A stretch of DNA of 63,350 bases, from contig JBHPFI010000004.1 in the NCBI GenBank assembly GCA_042572045.1, positions 1-63,350 on the forward strand. Reading direction: 5' to 3'. Both the position numbers and the translations under genes were made by a program. Below, one piece after another: positions 1-9,475 of the stretch; the first letter of the stretch is position 1, and the number at the start of each line of letters is the position of its first letter. The notes beneath the pieces were generated by a model. That model saw only the letters and a program-made list of their open reading frames with translations, did no database searches and had not been told where the DNA came from. This DNA is from Candidatus Omnitrophota bacterium (GTDB lineage: Bacteria; Omnitrophota; Gorgyraeia; Gorgyraeales; Gorgyraeaceae).

Positions 1-2
1 AC

Positions 3-971
3 CCTGCTCGTTATGGTCGCTGGGACGATGAAATACAACTTAGTACACAGGATTTGACCTGCTTCCCCTGGGATTTAGTCATTATAGGAACCCCTCCGGA
101 AAACCATCTTGATATTGCCATGAATGTGCTTTCCAGGGAGCACGTAAAGGCAATATTAGTAGAGAAGCCTTTATCCCCACCTGACTTAGATAAAATACTC
201 TTGTTTAAAAAGAGCATCGAAAATTCAGAAGCAAAGATCTTTATAGGTTATAACCATACATTGACAAAAAATACGCAGGTAATGACAGAACTTATTACTG
301 AAAAATATTTTGGAGCTGTAAAAAGCATAAATGTATTTTTCAAAGAACATTGGAGAGGGATCTTTGCAGCGCATCCATGGTTATCAGGCCCTAAGGAAAG
401 TTACCTTGGAAATATCAGCCTGGGTGGCGGGGCAATATGTGAGCATTCTCACGGGATTAATCTATTTCAATATATTTCAAATATCACTAAAAATGGACGC
501 ATTTCTCAAGTATCGGCAAGCGCATCGATGGTTAAAAATAATGGGTTGCACTATGACGAACTCGCAGAGATGGATGTTGTTACTGAATCAGGCCTAAAGG
601 GGCATATCCAACAAGATGTTATTACATACCCTGCTATTAAAAAAGCGATGATTCAGTTCGACAATGCACATATAGACTATTTCATTAATAAGGCAGATGG
701 AGTGGATAATGTGACATATACATTAGATAAGACAGAATACATCTGTGATATTAGTAAAACAAGACCGGACGATTTTTATAATGAGATAAGACACATACAA
801 GACATTTTAAAAGGAGACCTTCTCTATGATAAAAGTCCAATAAGCATAGAACATGGGATCAATACTATGCTTGTTATTTGTGCTGTCTTCCGGTCAATAG
901 CTAAGAGGAGAGCAGTTAAAATTAATTATGATGAAATGGATGGCAAGCGTGCACTTACTTTAATTGATTAG
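3..971 (+). CDS. Gfo/Idh/MocA family oxidoreductase, 5'-truncated by the window edge
   Basis: The frame of ORF 54..971 is open back to position 3 (PARYGRWDDEIQLSTQDLTC...). It has the family motifs 'VIIGTPPENH', 'ILVEKP', 'IGYNH' and 'GGGAICEHSHGIN'. Confidence 0.8.
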   Translation, partial: PARYGRWDDEIQLSTQDLTCFPWDLVIIGTPPENHLDIAMNVLSREHVKAILVEKPLSPPDLDKILLFKKSIENSEAKIFIGYNHTLTKNTQVMTELITEKYFGAVKSINVFFKEHWRGIFAAHPWLSGPKESYLGNISLGGGAICEHSHGINLFQYISNITKNGRISQVSASASMVKNNGLHYDELAEMDVVTESGLKGHIQQDVITYPAIKKAMIQFDNAHIDYFINKADGVDNVTYTLDKTEYICDISKTRPDDFYNEIRHIQDILKGDLLYDKSPISIEHGINTMLVICAVFRSIAKRRAVKINYDEMDGKRALTLID

Positions 972-980
972 TGACTAAAA

Positions 981-2480
981 ATGGATAATAAATTCGATAA
1001 TTTATTTATATTGGATCTTGCAAATAACCATCAAGGCGATATCGAACACGCAAAAACTATAATAAAGGAAATTAGCGAGGTGGTTAAAAAATATAAAGTA
1101 AGGGCAGGCATTAAATTCCAGTTTAGGGATTTAGAGAATTTTATCCATAAATATAAAAGGGAAATTGGAAAAGATAAGATGGTGGATCGCTTTTTAACTA
1201 CAAATCTAAACGATAAAGAGTTTTTTGAATTAAAGAAATACGTGGATTCCCTTGGTCTTTTAACGGCATGCACGCCTTTCGATGAAGCCTCTGTGGAGAA
1301 GGTAGTAAAAATGAGGTTTGATTATATCAAGATTGCAAGCTGTTTAGCCCAAGATTGGCCTTTAGTGAAAAAAATCAGAGATACAGACATACCTTTGGTC
1401 GTATCGACAGGGGGATTGAGCTTGGAAGAGATAGATGAATTAGTATACTTCATATCAAAGAGGCGTAAGGAGTTTGCGCTTATGCATTGTGTATCAGTGT
1501 ATCCGACAGCGGATGAGCTATTTAATCTCAGGCGGATCGGTATTTTGAGCCGCAGATACCCCAGTCTTAAAATCGGATGGTCCACCCATGAAGATCCAAG
1601 CGATTACCAGACGATCAATCTATCCTATTCGTTAGGCGCCAGGGTTTTTGAAAAGCATATTGGTAAAAACACTGAAAAGTACAGCCTGAATCAGTATTCT
1701 GCAACCGGAGAAAATATCGACCAATGGTTAAATTCATTTGTCGAGATGAAGAAAAAAATAGATACCGAAGAAGAAATTTTCTTAGAAAGCCAAAAAGCAG
1801 CAATTAAGAAATTAGTTAGAGGGAGTTTTGTAAAAAGGTATATTGGGAAAAATAAAAAAATCGAGAAAGATGATTTATATTATGCATTTCCCTGTGATGA
1901 AAATGCGATTAGATGTCCGAGAAATTTTGAGTCTGTAAAAACACGGGAAGATATCAAGATAGATGCCGCGTTGACACCGGATAATGCAATATACGAAATA
2001 AGTCGTGAGGGTCTGATTGAAAAGGCGATACTAAAATTGCGAATGTTTTTACAAAAGAATAATTTCATCATCAATCATTATAACCATGTTGTTTTGTCAT
2101 GCCATAGTGGATTAGATAAATTTTACTCTGTTGGAAGTTATTTTATCGATTGCTCTAGTCGCCATTATATTAAAAAAATTATTGTTATGCTACCCGGACA
2201 GGTTCATCCGTCTCATAGGCATACTGATCGCTCTGAGTTGTATTCGATGATTCGAGGCGATTTGGTCGTTACGATTGACGGTGAAGCTCTCCATTTAAGA
2301 GAAGGAGAGCAGGTTGTCGTCGATAGAAATAGATATCATGAATTCTCTTCGAAAGATGGCGCTGTCTTTGAAGAGATTTCATATACGAAAAATCGCGCAG
2401 AGTCGCAATATAGAGATAATAAAATAAATAAAACTGATCGCTCAAAACGTATTATTCGTATCGAAGAGAAAATCTTATGA
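981..2480 (+). CDS. neuB: N-acetylneuraminate synthase family (NeuB/SpsE) protein with SAF-like linker and C-terminal cupin domain
   Basis: 'LANNHQGD', 'KFQFRD', 'CTPFDE', 'IKIAS', 'VSTGG', 'MHCVSVYP', 'GWSTHE' and 'FEKH' match the NeuB barrel. The C-terminal 'GQVHPSHRH...E...HEFSS...FEEIS' is a cupin metal site. Confidence 0.85.
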   Translation: MDNKFDNLFILDLANNHQGDIEHAKTIIKEISEVVKKYKVRAGIKFQFRDLENFIHKYKREIGKDKMVDRFLTTNLNDKEFFELKKYVDSLGLLTACTPFDEASVEKVVKMRFDYIKIASCLAQDWPLVKKIRDTDIPLVVSTGGLSLEEIDELVYFISKRRKEFALMHCVSVYPTADELFNLRRIGILSRRYPSLKIGWSTHEDPSDYQTINLSYSLGARVFEKHIGKNTEKYSLNQYSATGENIDQWLNSFVEMKKKIDTEEEIFLESQKAAIKKLVRGSFVKRYIGKNKKIEKDDLYYAFPCDENAIRCPRNFESVKTREDIKIDAALTPDNAIYEISREGLIEKAILKLRMFLQKNNFIINHYNHVVLSCHSGLDKFYSVGSYFIDCSSRHYIKKIIVMLPGQVHPSHRHTDRSELYSMIRGDLVVTIDGEALHLREGEQVVVDRNRYHEFSSKDGAVFEEISYTKNRAESQYRDNKINKTDRSKRIIRIEEKIL

Positions 2481-3181
2481 GGGATAGCCGATCCATTTTG
2501 GCAGTGGTTCCTGCTCATGGTGGCAGCAAGGGCATCAAACTAAAAAATTTGTTAAAATTAGATAATAAGACCTTAATAGAGCATGTAGCCAATGCTATCA
2601 GGGAATGTGATTTTATAGATGAGGCCGTTGTATCAACCGATCATGAATTGATAAAAGAGGAGGCAGTCAGAGTTGGCCTTAAAGCACCTTTTAGGAGACC
2701 GAAAGACCTATTAGGGGATTTTATATCTGATATTCAGGTATTAAGACATGCAATAAAAGAGTGCGGAATGATTTTCAACAGGACCTTTGACGTGATTTTA
2801 ATGTTACAACCGACTTCGCCCATAAGGTCGCGCAAACAGATACTCGATTGCATCGATTCCCTAATCGCAAATAAACTAGATTCATGTTTTACGGTTTCCA
2901 AGACCGATTCCAAGGCTCACCCCCTTAAGCAATTGAGAATGAAAGATAATAAAATATCATATTATGATCCAGAGGGAGAACGTATTATAGCAAGGCAGAT
3001 GTTGGGCACTGTATACCATCGTAATGGGGTCTGCTATGCCTTTACCCGTAAATGTATAATGAAAAAGGGAAAGATTATAACCGATAACAGTTCAGCTATT
3101 GTAATAGATGAATTTACTGTAAATATCGACAATATGTATGATGTAAGATTAGCCGAACTACATTTTAAAGGAGCATTGTAA
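2477..3181 (+). CDS. neuA: Acylneuraminate cytidylyltransferase (CMP-nonulosonate synthetase)
   Basis: 'VPAHGGSKGIKLKN', 'VSTD', 'LQPTSPIR', 'NGVCY' and 'VNIDNMYD'. ATGA overlap with neuB. Confidence 0.9.
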   Translation: MRDSRSILAVVPAHGGSKGIKLKNLLKLDNKTLIEHVANAIRECDFIDEAVVSTDHELIKEEAVRVGLKAPFRRPKDLLGDFISDIQVLRHAIKECGMIFNRTFDVILMLQPTSPIRSRKQILDCIDSLIANKLDSCFTVSKTDSKAHPLKQLRMKDNKISYYDPEGERIIARQMLGTVYHRNGVCYAFTRKCIMKKGKIITDNSSAIVIDEFTVNIDNMYDVRLAELHFKGAL

Positions 3182-3183
3182 TA

Positions 3184-4437
3184 GTGCAACATGACCTTGA
3201 GAGATGGCGAGGTTTTTTCTTTCAAACGACGAAAGACAATACCGATTTTAAGCGTAATTTATTTCTAGTTTATATTAAAAAGAAAAAATCTCTCTTTGTA
3301 CTCTATCGACTGATAGAGAAACTTAAAGATGGATTTTTCGGAAGCATTGCCGTACTTTCATTTTATTTAATCACTTACCTTTTTATTCGTTTCCCGCAGA
3401 ACAGAAAACGCATTTCAATGGCGCAATTGAAAACTGAAAAAAAATCCTATGGAGATATTTTTGGCGGGAATGGCAATAAGATTGGTTTGATATATCCTAG
3501 TTTACTAATATCCTTTTCATCTATTAGACCACTTGTTGGGAGGTTTTTATCTAAAAGAATAATGCATGATTTTCGTATATTAGGTGTAATTTTAAAACGA
3601 TATGATTTATTTATTGCCTTAAGAGCGATTCAATACCTTGCTTATTACGATCGTTTTAACTTTCAAATAGACAAGAAAAGCACCGATATGATTATTGTCT
3701 TCACGGACGGAAACCCGCACGGAAGGGCATTGATGCAATTAGCGCACAGTAAAAATATCAAGATGTGCTTTGTTTCTCATGGTGAGCCAAACGAGCCTGT
3801 ACTTCCAATTTATTGCGATCTTATTTACCTGCTTGGCGAGAGATCGTCGTTCAGATATAAAAAGGTTAAAAGCCGCTTTAAGAAAGTTTTATACCATGGG
3901 CATAAAGATGCATTCAAAAAAATACGAGAGATCGAATTTAAAACAAATCTTAGAATAGGGATATTTCTTAGTAAGTCAACAATATTAGATAATGTCATAA
4001 AATTAACCTATTTATTAAATAAGGCATTTAGATGCGAGGCCATTTTAATCCGAAGGCATCCAAATATGGATCTCTCAAAAAGGGAAGAGAAGACACTTCT
4101 AAAAAACTCTAAAGTACAGATAAGCAACGGTAGGTCAATCGATAGAGACATTGAAAAAAGCGACTTTATCCTAGCGGGTGATTCTACTGTCCATGTCGAT
4201 GCATTGTTAAGAGGTTGCCCCAGTTTTTACTATCGTGATCTCGAAGAAGATTTTTTTGACAGATATGGATATGTCAAAGAAGGGCTTATTCTCGATTGGA
4301 ATATAGATATGTCCCTGGACGATATAAATGATTTTTACCAAGATTTGAATAAAAAAAACAGGATTAATTATTATCTCAATACAGAAAAAGATTCACAAGA
4401 ATCAATTAAGGAGATAAATGAAATCATTTTTGAATAA
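3184..4437 (+). CDS. Hypothetical GT-B-like protein, candidate nonulosonic-acid transferase
   Basis: GTG start directly after neuA. Contains 'FVSHG', 'LIRRHP' and 'STVHVDALLRGCP', resembling HP and ST motifs of capsule/sialyltransferase-like GT-B proteins. Confidence 0.45.
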   Translation: MQHDLERWRGFFFQTTKDNTDFKRNLFLVYIKKKKSLFVLYRLIEKLKDGFFGSIAVLSFYLITYLFIRFPQNRKRISMAQLKTEKKSYGDIFGGNGNKIGLIYPSLLISFSSIRPLVGRFLSKRIMHDFRILGVILKRYDLFIALRAIQYLAYYDRFNFQIDKKSTDMIIVFTDGNPHGRALMQLAHSKNIKMCFVSHGEPNEPVLPIYCDLIYLLGERSSFRYKKVKSRFKKVLYHGHKDAFKKIREIEFKTNLRIGIFLSKSTILDNVIKLTYLLNKAFRCEAILIRRHPNMDLSKREEKTLLKNSKVQISNGRSIDRDIEKSDFILAGDSTVHVDALLRGCPSFYYRDLEEDFFDRYGYVKEGLILDWNIDMSLDDINDFYQDLNKKNRINYYLNTEKDSQESIKEINEIIFE

Positions 4438-5278
4438 AAAGCTCATCAGCTATTTTATTAAGATAATTATTGGGCTTGGCCTCTATCTCTATTTGTTTTT
4501 ACAAAACAAGATAAATTTCGATTTCTTTCAATATAAAAATAGCTTTCTTCTTATTCAATTGTTTGCGCTGCAGGTGTTCATGCTTGCCATAGGAACCCTG
4601 AGATGGCATCGTATTGGAGTGTATGCCTTTGGCATGAAGATTTCATTATTGACTACAGCTTATATTTCTTGGATCGGGCAGTTCTTTTCAACTTTTTTGC
4701 CCTCTACTGTTGGAGCTGATTTGAGCCGTATTTATTATGTCAGTAAAAAAATAAATATGCCCAAAAAGAAGTTGCTTAAAATAACGATCATGGATAGATT
4801 GACCGCATTGCTAACAGTCATAACATGGAGTGCCTTAGGGTTGGTTTTTTATTTCAAAGGTTTTAACTTATTTATGAGTGTATCCTCCATCTTGACTGTT
4901 TTAGCCTTGCTTAGATTACTTCCAAAAAGAAAATTGAAACAAATTTTATTTAAAAAAGATATTAAGCTGCCGCCATTTAGTGTTGTTATTTTAAGCCTAT
5001 TTATTTTTCTATTGAAAGCACTTTCGCTCTTTCTGATTATTTATTTAGTAAGAGACAAGGGAGGCATTAATGACTATTATCTTTGTCTAGGTTCCCAGTT
5101 CATTGAAGGACTGAGAATTTTACCTGCCAATATTGGCATGGGACATATATTGTTTGACAAGGCATTGGGCCTTATTGAAAACATCAATGGCGCTCAGATA
5201 TACAATATATATTTTACTGTTAAGATTTTATTCAAGGTAACAGGTTTGGTTGGTTGGTTATTTATACGAACAAACTGA
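4418..5278 (+). CDS. Lysylphosphatidylglycerol-synthase-TM / YbhN-like flippase-type membrane protein
   Basis: Multi-TM protein with 'LRWH', 'WIGQFFSTFLPSTVGADLSRIYY', 'MDRL' and 'LPANIGMG', typical of this family. Confidence 0.7.
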   Translation: MKSFLNKKLISYFIKIIIGLGLYLYLFLQNKINFDFFQYKNSFLLIQLFALQVFMLAIGTLRWHRIGVYAFGMKISLLTTAYISWIGQFFSTFLPSTVGADLSRIYYVSKKINMPKKKLLKITIMDRLTALLTVITWSALGLVFYFKGFNLFMSVSSILTVLALLRLLPKRKLKQILFKKDIKLPPFSVVILSLFIFLLKALSLFLIIYLVRDKGGINDYYLCLGSQFIEGLRILPANIGMGHILFDKALGLIENINGAQIYNIYFTVKILFKVTGLVGWLFIRTN

Positions 5279-5282
5279 TGTT

Positions 5283-6626
5283 ATGAAAAGAAAAGCAATT
5301 TTTATTTTTACTCTAAGTTTTCTGGTGTATTTATTATATTTCCTTGAAGCGAATCCAGGACATTATAGTTTAGATGTAGTAGACGGTTTACAGGCGGATT
5401 TACAATTTTGGGATCTAAAGAATTTTATTAGGATTTACCAGCCATCTTTTTATATAGTTCCCGCTTCATTATTTTATCTAATTGCTCAAAATTTAGCCGC
5501 ATTAGGTTTATTTCAAATTTTATTGGTTAGTGCAATAAATACATATACATGGCTCGTTCTTGCAAAATTCTCTAAAGTTAAAATAGCATGGGCTGTAGTT
5601 CTTTTAATGATATTCTCGCCACTAAATGGATGTATGACATTATGGTATCATCGCTCCTCACTATTTGGATGGCTGGTATTTTTAAACCTGGTATTACTTT
5701 ATAAATTCTCAAAGGTTCAAAGATTTAAAAACTTAGAAAGGGTTATTTTTCTAATAAATTTATTATTTATATCATTTTTACGAATGGATGGGATTATTGT
5801 TTCGCTATCATCCTTGTTTATTTACACCCTGAAGAGTAAGGAACAAAAGTGGATAAAAATAGCAATGTTAGCAGGTTTAATTTTAATGTTATATTCTTCA
5901 TTTGAAGACAGAGACTGCCCGACTCAGAAAGCCCTGTTATTTATATATCCAGTTCAGAGGATTCATCAAAGCACAGGCGTGGAATTCACAGATAAAGATA
6001 AACAGGTGTTAAAAAGAATAGTGCTTAATGAATCAGATAGAAAAATTTGGCTGGAAGGACAAGGATGGTTTGATTTTAATCTCATAAACCGCGATATGAC
6101 TCAAAATGAATTAGACAATTTTGCTAAATGGAGCAGTGTATTCATTACAAAAAACCTTTTTCATTTTATTAAAAGCCAAGCAGAGGTGTTTTTAGGAAGT
6201 TCTCTTTTTGGTGGAAGGCCTAATTATGGGTTTTATTTTTACCACAACAACCCTAGTAAAAAAGAAAGAAACTATGTAGAGATAAAAACAATAGATATTA
6301 AACGCTACTCTTATATTAAATTTCCTGGTAAAATTGCAGAGTTTATTTATCGCTATGCATATCTTGATTTAAACAATCCAATATCCATTTTTGTATTCTT
6401 GATGCTTAGCGCCTTTATGCCTTTTGTTTTTGTTTTTGTATATTCGGTAATCGCGTTCAAGCGCAATAGAAGAGTTTTGATTCCCCTTATACCTTTGCTT
6501 CTTTATAGTATTTTTATGTTTTTATTCCAGCCACTACCAAAGGCTTATTATTGGTATTGGCTAGTCTATAGCTATTCTTTTATTGTACTTGGTTTGGGAT
6601 ATGAAACTATTTCAAGGGAGAGATAA
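5283..6626 (+). CDS. Polytopic membrane protein, GT-C-like
   Basis: Start moved to ATG 5283. N-terminal TM, then 'PGHYSLD', about 8 further TMs, 'LRMDG', a large soluble loop and C-terminal TMs, consistent with GT-C topology. Confidence 0.5.
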   Translation: MKRKAIFIFTLSFLVYLLYFLEANPGHYSLDVVDGLQADLQFWDLKNFIRIYQPSFYIVPASLFYLIAQNLAALGLFQILLVSAINTYTWLVLAKFSKVKIAWAVVLLMIFSPLNGCMTLWYHRSSLFGWLVFLNLVLLYKFSKVQRFKNLERVIFLINLLFISFLRMDGIIVSLSSLFIYTLKSKEQKWIKIAMLAGLILMLYSSFEDRDCPTQKALLFIYPVQRIHQSTGVEFTDKDKQVLKRIVLNESDRKIWLEGQGWFDFNLINRDMTQNELDNFAKWSSVFITKNLFHFIKSQAEVFLGSSLFGGRPNYGFYFYHNNPSKKERNYVEIKTIDIKRYSYIKFPGKIAEFIYRYAYLDLNNPISIFVFLMLSAFMPFVFVFVYSVIAFKRNRRVLIPLIPLLLYSIFMFLFQPLPKAYYWYWLVYSYSFIVLGLGYETISRER

Positions 6627-6690
6627 GGGTTAATCGGAATGGTTCGACGAAATAAAGTTTAAATAACAGGCGATATTTAGATTATATATC

Positions 6691-8307
6691 ATGAAGATTA
6701 AGGTAGTAACTATTCTTATAATTATAAGCCTATTTCATATTGTGAATAACAGTATAGTATTACATCAAGACCAGAGCGTGCCTGTGTATGATAGGGCGTC
6801 TCATATACTTAGTGGTTATGAGATTTACAAGGACTACAATATCGTTTCTCCCCATGGTTTGCAAAAAGCTTATAGTTATTTCTATAACATAGCGGGAGGA
6901 TACTATCCCCCGTTTTTTTATCTTACTTCTGCCCCACTTTTCTATTTGGTAGCGTTAAATTCTGACTTTGCCCTTTATGCAAATATATTGTATCTTTTTA
7001 TTCTTATGTTTTCAGTATATGGAATTGGTAAAAACCTATATGACAGTAAGGTAGGTGTTCTATCTGCATTTGTGGTTTCTATGTTTCCTGGTATATTTGC
7101 ATTTTCAAGGGTAGCTTTTTTAGAGCTTCCTCTTACAGCAATGGTGACTCTCAGCATCTTTCTGCTTCTTTCGACAGAACATTTCAGAAAAAGATGGCTT
7201 TCTTTTCTTTTTGGATTAAGCATAGGCCTGGGGATGCTTACAAAGTGGTCTTTTGTAGTATACGTAATAGGCGTCTTAGTTTATTATGTTTTTATATCCA
7301 TAAAAGATAATCCAGAGGATCGTAAGAAGTTCCTATTAAATATATCACTGGCGCTATTTATAGCATTTATTGTAAGTGCACCCTGGTATATTGCTAATGC
7401 AATAAAGCTTATTAAAAATATTTTATTGATTTCTACATGGGAAGGGGCATACACTGGCAAACCATTATTATTCCATCTTCTTTTTTATATACGCAGTCTT
7501 TATCTCTATCAGATGTACCCATTTTTGTTTCTGTTGTTTACCCCGCTCTTTTTTAAACATCTGATCAGAAAGAAATGGGTTATTGTTCTTTGGTTAATTG
7601 CCCCATTTATATTATTTACAGTCTTAACTAATAAAGATGTGCGTTACACCATGCCTATGCTGCCGGCTATAGGCATAATAATCGCATCTGAGGCAGCGCA
7701 ATTAAGAAAAGGCATATTGGTAACAGTATGTTCATTTTTGTTATTTCAGTTTTTTTTATTATCTTATCTACCCACAAGCGTTTTTAATAGCATGCAATTA
7801 AGAACGCATCCCTTTGGAATAGATTTTAATTATGCAGAATACAAGGACAGCGATCCATTATTTGAAACCGGAATCCTTTTCCCAGATAGAAGAGGCCATA
7901 TGCGGAGGGAGCAGGCTCGCCAGATAGTCTCTGTTTTTAAAAGACATAAAGGTAGGGACAACGATTCATTAAAGGTCTTGTTCACCTTTAATATAGGAAA
8001 AATTTATTATAGTGTTCTTTTTGCCCTAGCACAGGAAAATTTAAGGCCGTTGGTACATTGTCCTGCCATGAAAGATATGGCCTTTATAGGGGAATTTTTA
8101 AAGAAAGATTTCAACTATGACAATTACTTACTCAAACATGACATTATAGTCACTAAGAGTGGCTATAAGGGGGGAAACGGTACAAGACAAGTAGATGTTT
8201 TAGGAAAATTGGACAAGGCATTTTTTAGGAACAAAGATAGTTTTGTTTTAATAGATAGCTTAGAGAATGATGATGGCAGTAAGGTCTGTATTTATAAAAG
8301 AATATAG
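6691..8307 (+). CDS. ArnT/PMT-like (GT39/GT83) GT-C glycosyltransferase
   Basis: 'YDRASH', 'YYPPFFY', 'VGVLSAFVVSMFP', 'LGMLTKWS', 'APWY' and 'KDVRYTMPMLP'. Confidence 0.8.
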   Translation: MKIKVVTILIIISLFHIVNNSIVLHQDQSVPVYDRASHILSGYEIYKDYNIVSPHGLQKAYSYFYNIAGGYYPPFFYLTSAPLFYLVALNSDFALYANILYLFILMFSVYGIGKNLYDSKVGVLSAFVVSMFPGIFAFSRVAFLELPLTAMVTLSIFLLLSTEHFRKRWLSFLFGLSIGLGMLTKWSFVVYVIGVLVYYVFISIKDNPEDRKKFLLNISLALFIAFIVSAPWYIANAIKLIKNILLISTWEGAYTGKPLLFHLLFYIRSLYLYQMYPFLFLLFTPLFFKHLIRKKWVIVLWLIAPFILFTVLTNKDVRYTMPMLPAIGIIIASEAAQLRKGILVTVCSFLLFQFFLLSYLPTSVFNSMQLRTHPFGIDFNYAEYKDSDPLFETGILFPDRRGHMRREQARQIVSVFKRHKGRDNDSLKVLFTFNIGKIYYSVLFALAQENLRPLVHCPAMKDMAFIGEFLKKDFNYDNYLLKHDIIVTKSGYKGGNGTRQVDVLGKLDKAFFRNKDSFVLIDSLENDDGSKVCIYKRI

Positions 8308-8311
8308 AGAC

Positions 8312-9475
8312 ATGAGAATTAAATTTATAAAATTAATAGATAAATACCTCGGGATACCACTGGTATCTTTTTTTTCATGCCTGAGGTATTTGAGGATTAA
8401 AAGAAAGACTCAGGAGAAAAAAGAAAAAACCATTCTCTTTGTAAAATTCTGGGGTATGGGTAATATTATTTTGTCATTACCGGCTGTTCGGGCTGTAGAG
8501 AAAACTTTCCCTGATTCAAAGATACTATTTTTAACGCTTGAAAAAAACAGGGGATTGGTTGAGGGTTGCCATCTTTCAGATGAAGTTTTATATTTAAAAT
8601 TAGGTTCTTTTTTTAAACTGTGTCTCAATAGCGTTAAATTGATTTTTAATCTGAGACGCAGAAAAATAGATATTGTGTTTGATTTTGAAGAATTTGCGAG
8701 ATTTTCCACGCTATTGATTTATCTTTCTGGAGCCCGAAACAGAATAGGCTTTTCAACAAAAGGCATATACAGGGCTGATCTCTATACAAAAACTCTTCCT
8801 TTTGAAGAGAATAGGCACACCATGGAGAATTTCATAGATCTTGTTGAGTTAGCAGGAGTAAAGGTATCAGATGTGGATTATATAAAGATTTCTTATTCTC
8901 AGAAAGACATGGTATATATCGACTCGTTCCTGGACGGCAGCCTTAAGGATTCAAGACCTATCATAGGATTGAATGTAGGCAGTGGTCCAAATGTATTATT
9001 AAGGCGGTGGCCAACTCATAACTTTATTGAATTGGGGAATATTCTGATGCAGGAGCTTGGCGCGAGATTATTATTCGTGGGGACAGAGAACGAAAGGGCC
9101 ATAGTCGATTCGGTTGTAAAAAAACTTAACCAAATTCCATTAAACCTGGTTGGATTGACAAATATGACACAATTAGCTTATTTAATAGAGAGGTGTCATA
9201 TTTTTATATCAAATGATAGTGGTCTTGCTCATTTTGCACAGGCAATGAAGGTCCCGACGGTTGTGCTATTTGGCCCTGAGAGCTCCGCTAAGTACGGACC
9301 CAGAGATTCGATGCATAAAGCTATATACAGGAACTTATCATGCAGTCCATGTTTGAGTGTTAATAATATGAAGAGTACGCGATGCAAGAATCCGATATGC
9401 ATTGAGAAGATAACAGTCGAAGAAGTATTTAATGAGGCAAAGAGGTTTTATGAAAAACGTGCTGTCGCTGGCTAA
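8312..9475 (+). CDS. Glycosyltransferase family 9 (heptosyltransferase-like)
   Basis: 'KFWGMGNIILSLP', 'RRWP', 'ISNDSGLAHFAQA', 'VLFGP' and 'CSPC...C...C'. Start placed at ATG 8312. Confidence 0.85.
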   Translation: MRIKFIKLIDKYLGIPLVSFFSCLRYLRIKRKTQEKKEKTILFVKFWGMGNIILSLPAVRAVEKTFPDSKILFLTLEKNRGLVEGCHLSDEVLYLKLGSFFKLCLNSVKLIFNLRRRKIDIVFDFEEFARFSTLLIYLSGARNRIGFSTKGIYRADLYTKTLPFEENRHTMENFIDLVELAGVKVSDVDYIKISYSQKDMVYIDSFLDGSLKDSRPIIGLNVGSGPNVLLRRWPTHNFIELGNILMQELGARLLFVGTENERAIVDSVVKKLNQIPLNLVGLTNMTQLAYLIERCHIFISNDSGLAHFAQAMKVPTVVLFGPESSAKYGPRDSMHKAIYRNLSCSPCLSVNNMKSTRCKNPICIEKITVEEVFNEAKRFYEKRAVAG

